Below are positions 26,898-33,761 of a DNA stretch of 33,761 nucleotides, one piece after another. The stretch covers positions 1 through 33,761 of the forward strand of contig SVJI01000003.1 of NCBI GenBank assembly GCA_015069065.1, written 5' to 3'. The DNA comes from Oscillospiraceae bacterium. Its GTDB lineage: Bacteria; Bacillota; Clostridia; UMGS1883. The notes beneath the pieces were generated by a model, which saw only the letters and a list, made by a program, of their open reading frames with translations, was not told where the DNA came from and searched no databases. Numbering within the stretch: position 1 is the first letter of the stretch; every line of letters starts with the position of its first letter. Both the position numbers and the translations under genes were made by a program.

Positions 26898-26915
26898 TTT
26901 AAAGGACTGATTTTT

Positions 26916-27419
26916 ATGAAAATGATAGTTTGTGTTGCTGAAAATTTCGGCATAGGTTTAAATAACGATTTGCTGTTTTCACTACCGCCTGATATGAAAC
27001 TTTTTCGTGAGACAACCATGGGAAAGGTTATTATTATGGGCAGGGGAACACTGGATTCATTTCCCGGGGGAAAGGCACTGAAAAACAGAGTTAATATAGT
27101 CCTCACACGGGATAAAGACTTTGAGAGGGAGAATGTGACGGTTCTTCATTCCAAACAGGAAGTTCTTGATTATGCAGGGCAGTTTAAAAGTGACGATGTT
27201 TATGTAATAGGCGGCGGACAGATTTATGAAATGTTTAAGGATTGCTGCGACTGTGCCATTGTAACCAAAGTCAGGAAAACAGTTCCCTGTGACACTTACT
27301 TTTTTAATATTGACGAAGAGCCTTCGTGGGAGCTTGCAGAGGAAAGTGAGCTTATGGAGTACGAGGGCACTCAGTTTAGTTTCTGCACATATAAAAAGTT
27401 GACAAATTCTCAAAATTAA
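26916..27419 (+). CDS. folA: Dihydrofolate reductase
   Basis: GIGLNNDLLFSLPPDMKLFR, IMGRGT, LKNRVNIVL, VIGGGQIY and CDTYF motifs. Confidence 0.95.
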   Translation: MKMIVCVAENFGIGLNNDLLFSLPPDMKLFRETTMGKVIIMGRGTLDSFPGGKALKNRVNIVLTRDKDFERENVTVLHSKQEVLDYAGQFKSDDVYVIGGGQIYEMFKDCCDCAIVTKVRKTVPCDTYFFNIDEEPSWELAEESELMEYEGTQFSFCTYKKLTNSQN

Positions 27420-27426
27420 GTATAAT
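27399..27426 (+). promoter_or_regulatory. Sigma-A type promoter overlapping the folA 3' end
   Basis: Consensus TTGACA-16 bp-TATAAT. Confidence 0.65.
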
Positions 27427-27459
27427 ACAGATAGTATTTGTTGAAAGGTGGCCAAGAAT

Positions 27460-27687
27460 ATGTTTTGTCCAAAATGCGGTAAAATAAACCCAGACGATGC
27501 ACAGATGTGCAGTGGATGTGAGGCTGCGCTGCAGGAAGAGCATGCAGTAAAAACTCCTAAGAAAAAGAAAAACACAATAAAGTTTTTTTTGGTAGGACTG
27601 GCACTTTTGATAATAGTTTTCGTTATAGTATTTCTTCTGAGCGGATGCGCAGGCACAGAACTGCCGCCGGAGAAGATGACATTCTAA
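27460..27687 (+). CDS. Zinc-ribbon domain membrane protein
   Basis: MFCPKCG..NPDDAQMCSGC, then a basic stretch and one TM helix; start 27460 (ATG) or 27448 (GTG). Confidence 0.8.
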   Translation: MFCPKCGKINPDDAQMCSGCEAALQEEHAVKTPKKKKNTIKFFLVGLALLIIVFVIVFLLSGCAGTELPPEKMTF

Positions 27688-27699
27688 GAAGGTGTTTTT

Positions 27700-29766
27700 T
27701 TGAAAGTTGCAAAAAATATTTTTTCTTTTCTGAAAAGGGCGCTTGATGCACATCCGATTATTTTCTTCTGTGTGTTGAGCGTTGTGGAGAATTTTATTAT
27801 CGAGAGTATGAGCCGGCACAGCGTAATTGCCGGTTTTGAGCATGTTTTTGAAACACCGGTGGTGTTTTTTTATAACTCATTGATAATAATGCTGACATTA
27901 TCGTTTTCGCTCCTTTTCAGGAGAAGAGTTTTCGGCGTGGTGCTTCTTTCAGCACCGTGGCTGATTTGCGGATTGATAAACAGTGTAGTGCTTACCTACA
28001 GGGTTACTCCCTTGGGAGCTATTGATTTTCAGGTGGCAAAGCTCAGCCTTATTCTCATGTATCTTACAAAGCCGCAGCGTATAATGCTCTACTTTGCTGT
28101 AGGATTTCTTTTAGTAGCGATTGTGGCACTGTGGATTGTAGGCCCTAAAATCAGCGGAAAGCTTAGCTACGGCAGAAATGTGGCGTCAATTGTAGGAGTT
28201 CTTGCGGCGGTTTTGGTTGCAACGGGCGTTGCCCACAGCATAAGTGCAGTAAGCACTGATTTTGGTAATCTTGTCGGTGCGTATAACAACTACGGATTTG
28301 TGTACTGTTTTTCCAGCAGTATGATTGATACAGGTATCAATAAGCCCGATGGCTACGGTGAAGAAAAGACGGCAGAGATACTCGCACAATTTTCAGGAAA
28401 TGAGAGCTTACAGCAGGGCGTAAAGCCGGATGTTATACTCATTCAGCTTGAGTCATTTCTCGATCCAAAGACCATCCGCGATATGTCGTTTTCCGATGAC
28501 CCTGCGCCTATTCATACTTATTTAAGAGAACGCTTTTCAGGAGGAATGTTATCGGTTCCGTCCTTTGGCGGAGGTACTGCAAATACGGAGTTTGAGGTTC
28601 TGACAGGAATAAATCTTGACAATTTTGGTCCGGGTGAATATCCGTATAAGACCATAATGCTTGAGGAAACCTGTGAATCTCTGGCATATAATCTTAAAGA
28701 GCAGGGGTACAGCGCGCACGCTATCCACAATCATACAGGTAATTTTTATGACCGTGACAAGGTTTATCCCAGAATGGGATTCGACAGCTTCCAGTCAAAG
28801 GAATACATGTACGATTTTGAAACAACCCCCTACGGCTGGTGTAAGGACAAGGTCCTGACAGAGGAAATAATGACTGCATTAACCTATACAGACGAGGAAA
28901 AGGGAGTCACTGCTGACAACCCGCGTTTTGTGTGGACGGTATCCGTTCAGGGGCACGGGGCATATCCGTCAGAGCCGATAGCGGGCAGTGATAATGTCAT
29001 AAAAATACAGAGTGATAATTTCACACCTCAGGAGCTTTGCGCACTGCAATACTACATCAATCAGGTGTGGGAAATGGATATGTTTCTCGGAAGTCTGATT
29101 TCCGCTCTTGAAGAGAGGGGCAAGCCTACTTTATTGATAGCATACGGTGACCATTTGCCGTCAATCGGGCTTGAAGCACAGGACCTTACTACAAATGACG
29201 CATATGTAACAGAATACGTTACATGGAATAACTTCGGGCTGGAGAAGAATGTTCGGGATTTGCGTACTTATGAACTGGCAGGGGAAATTATGAGAATGCT
29301 GGGATATAACAACGGAAATCTGACTAAGCTTCATCAACTGAAAAACAGTGAGAATTCACCCCTCGATGAAGAAACGTATCAAAAACAGATTGCATATCTG
29401 GCATATGATATGCTTTATGGTGACAATATGCAGTTTGGCGGAGTTAAGCCGTTTGAAAAAACAGATATGCGCATGGGTACTCGCCCCATTACGGCTGACA
29501 GCATAAAGGTTATGGGAGACTCGCTTTATCTGCAGGGAACAGGCTTTACTGAAAAAAGTAAGGTTTTCATAAACGGCGAAAAAAAGTCTACAACGATGCT
29601 GAGTCAGTACAGTCTTATGGTGTCGGGAGTAACACTTTCTGAGGGGGATGAAATAACAGTCGGACAATCCTCCAGTAAGAGAGAGGTACTCAGTTATTCA
29701 AACCCGATTATATATAACGAAGAGGAGCATTTTGTTCCCGAAGAAAATGATGTCGTAGCACAATAA
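27700..29766 (+). CDS. LTA synthase family (LtaS-like sulfatase-fold) membrane protein
   Basis: About five N-terminal TM helices; QLESF, GGTANTEFE (catalytic Thr), HNH, QGHG.Y and GDHLP motifs. Confidence 0.9.
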   Translation: MKVAKNIFSFLKRALDAHPIIFFCVLSVVENFIIESMSRHSVIAGFEHVFETPVVFFYNSLIIMLTLSFSLLFRRRVFGVVLLSAPWLICGLINSVVLTYRVTPLGAIDFQVAKLSLILMYLTKPQRIMLYFAVGFLLVAIVALWIVGPKISGKLSYGRNVASIVGVLAAVLVATGVAHSISAVSTDFGNLVGAYNNYGFVYCFSSSMIDTGINKPDGYGEEKTAEILAQFSGNESLQQGVKPDVILIQLESFLDPKTIRDMSFSDDPAPIHTYLRERFSGGMLSVPSFGGGTANTEFEVLTGINLDNFGPGEYPYKTIMLEETCESLAYNLKEQGYSAHAIHNHTGNFYDRDKVYPRMGFDSFQSKEYMYDFETTPYGWCKDKVLTEEIMTALTYTDEEKGVTADNPRFVWTVSVQGHGAYPSEPIAGSDNVIKIQSDNFTPQELCALQYYINQVWEMDMFLGSLISALEERGKPTLLIAYGDHLPSIGLEAQDLTTNDAYVTEYVTWNNFGLEKNVRDLRTYELAGEIMRMLGYNNGNLTKLHQLKNSENSPLDEETYQKQIAYLAYDMLYGDNMQFGGVKPFEKTDMRMGTRPITADSIKVMGDSLYLQGTGFTEKSKVFINGEKKSTTMLSQYSLMVSGVTLSEGDEITVGQSSSKREVLSYSNPIIYNEEEHFVPEENDVVAQ

Positions 29767-29771
29767 CAAAC

Positions 29772-29804
29772 ACCGCTCTTTGGCTTCTGCCAAAGGGCGG
29801 TTTC
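29772..29804 (+). terminator. Intrinsic terminator
   Basis: ACCGCTCTTTGGC-TTCT-GCCAAAGGGCGGT hairpin directly after the stop codon. Confidence 0.8.
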
Positions 29805-29807
29805 ATG

Positions 29808-29836
29808 TTGATTTTCTTGTCACTGAATGATATAAT
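29808..29836 (+). promoter_or_regulatory. Sigma-A type promoter
   Basis: TTGATT-17 bp-TATAAT with extended -10 TG. Confidence 0.7.
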
Positions 29837-29855
29837 AAAAATGAGGTGAGTAGGC

Positions 29856-30221
29856 ATGAAAAAAGCATTGATAAGAATGTTGCTGGTTTTACTTTATTGT
29901 ATTCCTTTTGTATTTTTAGCAATGAACGAGGATGCGACGGCAGGAACATTGTGGTTTTACCTTGTTATGATAATCAGCTTTGGTGCTTTATGTTTCGGAA
30001 GTGTAAGGGCTAAAGCCCCATGGATGGTAGCTGTCGGCAATATATTGAGCTTTGTTTCTTCGTGCATCTTTGTGTGCTTTTTTCAAACAAAAAAATGGGG
30101 ATGGTACTTTAAACCATTTACCCCATATCAGTTTGTTATTTTTGAAACGATGATTGCATTTGTAATTCAGATTATAATTACGGCTTGTCTTGTTAAAAAA
30201 TACAGGGAGGACGGAAAATGA
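29856..30221 (+). CDS. Hypothetical 4-TM membrane protein
   Basis: GAGGTG RBS; four hydrophobic segments. Confidence 0.75.
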   Translation: MKKALIRMLLVLLYCIPFVFLAMNEDATAGTLWFYLVMIISFGALCFGSVRAKAPWMVAVGNILSFVSSCIFVCFFQTKKWGWYFKPFTPYQFVIFETMIAFVIQIIITACLVKKYREDGK

Positions 30222-30664
30222 GAATATTAAAAAAGATGTCACCGATTATTATACCAGTTTTAATCATAGTACTTATTTATTCGTTTTTCCATATCAGCGG
30301 TTGGGAGATTAGAAACGCGAAGAGGCTTAGCTCAGCAAAGGATGTTACTGTTATCGTCAGAAACGAAGAAAGTAACGAAAGCACAGAATATGATTTAAAT
30401 ACAAAGCAGATAAAGCTTCTCCAGAAACTTCTGGAGGAAAATTCATACACACGGAGAATTACCTCTACAATTATAGGCGTATTGCCTGATAAGAGGTACA
30501 CTATATTTGCAAACTGGAATGATAACGGACAGAAGCATTTACATATAAGCATAATAGGCGGAGAATACATACAGTTCCTAGGACAGTTTGGAAGTAATTA
30601 TCACAAAATCAAAAATCCTGATTTTGAAAAGGAGTTAATTTTTATTCTGCAAACGGAGAAATAG
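30218..30664 (+). CDS. Hypothetical membrane-anchored protein
   Basis: GGAGG RBS; ATGA overlap with the upstream gene; N-terminal TM/signal segment. Confidence 0.7.
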   Translation: MRILKKMSPIIIPVLIIVLIYSFFHISGWEIRNAKRLSSAKDVTVIVRNEESNESTEYDLNTKQIKLLQKLLEENSYTRRITSTIIGVLPDKRYTIFANWNDNGQKHLHISIIGGEYIQFLGQFGSNYHKIKNPDFEKELIFILQTEK

Positions 30665-31057
30665 GCGGCGCGGAATTGTTTGTGCGCACTGCATGGATAG
30701 TTCACATTTAAATATTGAAACTAAGAAAAGAGAAGAAACCCTACTTTGTAGAGATTCTTCTCTCTTGAACCTGCGGCATCCTGCTCCCAAACGGATAGGC
30801 GGCAGCGTGAGAAATTTTCTGTAAATTCAATTTTTCTATGATAAAACATTCGGGTTTAGAGGCAGGAACAGCCGCATTCCGGCTTTCCTGCCTTAATTGC
30901 AATATAGCACGGATTTTAGCCCTTTTCGCTACATTCAAAATACTCTTTAGCCATCTTATCTCCACTGTTTCCGTCTGTTGCATTTCTAGCTGTGGGATAA
31001 ACTGTGGTCAAAAAGTTCATCCATAATATGAAATATAACGGTCTGCTTTGACAAAAA

Positions 31058-31570
31058 TTATAAAACCAACGACGGAGCGGTATAAACTCGTGCCGCAAGT
31101 TCCTGATTAAGCATATAAAGACTTTTTGGATCCGAACCAAAAAGTTCCATCTTTGTGATCAAATCATTTGCGTTTGTTTCCTCTTCCCCTTGTTCCTTAA
31201 CAAACCAATCAAGGAACTGCATTGTACGGAAATCTTTAACATTGTATGCTGCTGCATAAATATCATTTATAAGAGAGGTTACATATTCTTCGTGTTCAAG
31301 TCCCGCCTTTAAAACATCCATGTGACAGGAAAACACCTTGTCAGGCTTTGCGATAGCCTCAAGAGTTACTTTTTGATTCTCGTTTTGAAGATACTGATAG
31401 AAAAGCATTGCATGGTCACGTTCCTCCTGAGCCTGAATCTTATACCAGTTGGCAAATCCATCAAGACCTACATCCTCAAAATAGTTTGAGAAATCAAGGT
31501 AGAGGTACGCAGAATAGAATTCTTTGTTAATCTGTTGATTTAGAAGTTCATGTACTTTTTCGTTCATCAT
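31058..31570 (-). CDS. ftnA: Non-heme ferritin
   Basis: QINKEFYSAYLY, GFANW..QAQEERDHA, HEEYVT and FLDWFVKEQGEEE ferroxidase motifs; GGAGG RBS. Confidence 0.95.
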   Translation of the reverse strand: MMNEKVHELLNQQINKEFYSAYLYLDFSNYFEDVGLDGFANWYKIQAQEERDHAMLFYQYLQNENQKVTLEAIAKPDKVFSCHMDVLKAGLEHEEYVTSLINDIYAAAYNVKDFRTMQFLDWFVKEQGEEETNANDLITKMELFGSDPKSLYMLNQELAARVYTAPSLVL

Positions 31571-31597
31571 AATATAACACCTCCATTATTTGTTTTT

Positions 31598-31626
31598 ATT
31601 ATACTATGGATACGGAAAAAAATCAA
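31598..31626 (-). promoter_or_regulatory. Sigma-A type promoter of ferritin
   Basis: Minus strand TTGATT-17 bp-TATAAT. Confidence 0.7.
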
Positions 31627-31672
31627 CAAAAAAACACAGATGGATAAATTATACTCCGTCTGTGTTTTTTGT
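31626..31672 (-). terminator. Intrinsic terminator after the 7alpha-HSDH gene
   Basis: AAAAAACACAGATGGA / TCCGTCTGTGTTTTTT inverted repeat directly after the stop codon. Confidence 0.8.
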
Positions 31673-32470
31673 CTATCTACGGCTTGTTTTATCCGATAAA
31701 TCTCCATATACAGGTGTTGCCAAACCAAACCCGCCAGAAACTGTCAGTATTTGCCCCGTGGTATAAGCAGAGTCGTCTGATGCAAAATAAACAGCGGCAG
31801 CAGCAATTTCTTCTGGTGTACCCATTCTTTTAAAGGGAATATGGCGCATAAATAGTTCTCTGAATCCCTCTGTAAGATTTTTCTCTACTGCATCAGTCGC
31901 AGTCATTCCCGGCAATATTGCATTACATCGAATGTTATTTTTTGCTTCGTGTACTGCTATCAGCTTTGTCAGGTAGTTGATAGCAGCTTTACTTGTTCCG
32001 TATGCAACCTGAGAAATATCAGGAACAAGACCTCCTACAGAGGAGATATTTATAATACTTCCTCCGCCGTTTTTCGCCATATGGTTTGCTGCCTTTTTGC
32101 TTGCCATAAAAACGCTTCTTAAATTGATATTTACAATATCAAAGAAAACCTCTGTATCGGTATTTGAAAAGTCAAGGTCTTTTCCTGGATTTGAAGTTCC
32201 GAAGTTATTAACCAGTACATCAATACGGCCTGCATCTTTTATCACTTCATCGGTCATGGAAATATAAGATTCGCTCTTGCTCGCATCGTTGTAAACATAT
32301 TTTACTCTGCATCCCTGGTCATTTAGCTTGTCAGCTTCTTGTTTTGCAAGCTCCAAATTCCTTGCCGCCATATAAACTATGGCACCCTCTTTGGCAAAGA
32401 CTTTGGTAATGGCAAGACCTATTCCTCGGGTTGAGGCAGTAATTAAAACTACTTTGTCTTTTAATTTCAT
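31673..32470 (-). CDS. hdhA: 7alpha-hydroxysteroid dehydrogenase (SDR family)
   Basis: TASTRGIG cofactor motif, YGTSK catalytic motif, LVNNFG and GQILTVSGGFGLATP; closely resembles the Clostridium scindens 7alpha-HSDH as I recall it. Confidence 0.85.
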   Translation of the reverse strand: MKLKDKVVLITASTRGIGLAITKVFAKEGAIVYMAARNLELAKQEADKLNDQGCRVKYVYNDASKSESYISMTDEVIKDAGRIDVLVNNFGTSNPGKDLDFSNTDTEVFFDIVNINLRSVFMASKKAANHMAKNGGGSIINISSVGGLVPDISQVAYGTSKAAINYLTKLIAVHEAKNNIRCNAILPGMTATDAVEKNLTEGFRELFMRHIPFKRMGTPEEIAAAAVYFASDDSAYTTGQILTVSGGFGLATPVYGDLSDKTSRR

Positions 32471-33761
32471 GATTGTTCTCCTTTTTTGATATAAATTTTA
32501 GGCAGGAACAACACTATCGCAATTCCTGCAACAATACAAATAATTTCCGCTGCAGCAAGAAACTTTATGGATTTTACTGCGGCGGTTATTTCACTTGCAC
32601 CGCTACTTATAATATTTGTTACTCTGTTTGTGAAAAGAGGAACAAATATTGCTACACCAAAGGGTGCTGCAAGGTCACGGAATAAGCCATAAGTTCCGGT
32701 TCCTGCTCCTGCAGTTTCAGCAGGCATACCTGACAGTACAACTTTCATAAAAATTGCGGCATTTCCGCCAAGCCCAAAGCCCAAGATGCCAAGAGATGCG
32801 GCAAGAATAATTACAGAAGTTTGGGCAGCAAATAAAAGCATAATAGCGCATCCAACCCCTGTAAGAGTCAGAGAATCAGCCAAAACCTTTTTAGGCTCTA
32901 TGCGGTCTGCTAACGGTCCTAAAACAACTGAACCGAGGGACATTCCGATATACATAATTGAAATTGCATAGCTGGATATAATAGTATTATCAGGCTGTGT
33001 GTAGTTGATAAATACAATTATATTTGTCATATTCGCCTGCATAAGTCCCTGAGTAAGAAACAGAGCAATAACAGAAAGAAAAAACTTTTTTCTCTTCATA
33101 AACTTCCAACTGAGAATTGGATTTATTGCCTTTTTTTCTGCATAAAACAAACCGACAAATGAAATTACCGATGCAATAAAAATAATTAAAAACCATATTG
33201 ACCTGATACCAAAATTCTGACCAAAGGACGGCAGGCACAACATAAGAGTAAAGAAAATCAATACCCATACAGAACCGATGCCGTCAAAATCTGTAAGCGG
33301 TCTTATGCTTAGGCCATCTTTTCTGTGTGTTACAAGGCAAAGCAAAAAAATGATAACGGAAATTGCAACGCATACCCACATCATTGCACGCCAGCCGTAA
33401 AATTCAATAAGTAATCCACCAAGTGTAGGTCCGAAAATTACTGCACTGCTTGAAATAAGCATATATAAAGAAAAACCCTTTGCAATTTTCTCACGCGGAA
33501 ACTCTGTAACAATGTATGACATTACCACCGGTGCAACGGCTGCACTTCCTATTCCTACAATAAAACGGGCAACAATCATAAAAAATAGCGATGGAGCTAC
33601 TGCCGTAAGTATATTACCCAAAGTAAAAATCGCTATACCAATCAATAATGTTGCTTTCCTGCCTATTACATCACCCAGCTTGCCGAGAATAGGTGCAAAC
33701 GCTGCTGTTGAAGCTGCCATTGCTAAAGCGGTCCATGTTGTGTTATTATACGGCAAATTCA
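32467..33761 (-). CDS. baiG: BaiG-like MFS bile-acid transporter (5' end lies outside the window)
   Basis: YNNTTW, APILGKLGDV.GR, LFLTQGLM.ANMTN, YTQPDN.IISS and GTGTYGLFRD match my recollection of C. scindens BaiG; ATGA overlap with the HSDH gene. Confidence 0.75.
   Translation of the reverse strand, partial: NLPYNNTTWTALAMAASTAAFAPILGKLGDVIGRKATLLIGIAIFTLGNILTAVAPSLFFMIVARFIVGIGSAAVAPVVMSYIVTEFPREKIAKGFSLYMLISSSAVIFGPTLGGLLIEFYGWRAMMWVCVAISVIIFLLCLVTHRKDGLSIRPLTDFDGIGSVWVLIFFTLMLCLPSFGQNFGIRSIWFLIIFIASVISFVGLFYAEKKAINPILSWKFMKRKKFFLSVIALFLTQGLMQANMTNIIVFINYTQPDNTIISSYAISIMYIGMSLGSVVLGPLADRIEPKKVLADSLTLTGVGCAIMLLFAAQTSVIILAASLGILGFGLGGNAAIFMKVVLSGMPAETAGAGTGTYGLFRDLAAPFGVAIFVPLFTNRVTNIISSGASEITAAVKSIKFLAAAEIICIVAGIAIVLFLPKIYIKKGEQS

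Noticed and set aside
30741-31140. Short ORFs between the 30664 gene and ferritin
   Set aside because: Mutually overlapping, with no recognisable motif or convincing RBS.
258-33268. Many 60-200 aa ORFs antisense to or nested in called genes
   Set aside because: Shadow ORFs of well-supported coding sequences.
31673-33761. Complete bai 7alpha-dehydroxylation operon
   Set aside because: No baiB, baiCD, baiE, baiF or baiH is visible in this window.

Overview
Fragment of a Clostridia (Firmicutes) chromosome. The backbone is ordinary: rlmD, a GH13 hydrolase, a THUMP methyltransferase, the TIGR03960/TIGR03936 radical-SAM pair, DUF624, yabM-like flippase, mazG, hup, a P-loop ATPase, two 'stalk'-domain surface proteins, thyA-folA and an LTA synthase. 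The standout is a 10,898-bp cargo-carrying transposon at 15093-25990, bounded by 48-bp bipartite terminal inverted repeats and an exact 8-bp target-site duplication (AACTCTTC), inserted between two intact divergent promoters. It encodes an unusually long (543 aa) IS1595-family transposase with an apparent D-D-D triad and a C-terminal Rho_N/HeH-like module. Both ends carry arrays of TTTTATAAAA palindromes spaced 21-23 bp apart. The cargo is a 2303-aa SLH surface protein behind a structured ~260-nt leader with a terminator/antiterminator, plus two small acidic proteins, one resembling a catalytically dead serine-resolvase domain. The right end holds a BaiG-like bile-acid transporter coupled to a 7alpha-hydroxysteroid dehydrogenase, followed by ferritin. 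All family calls come from motif recognition by eye; no searches were run.
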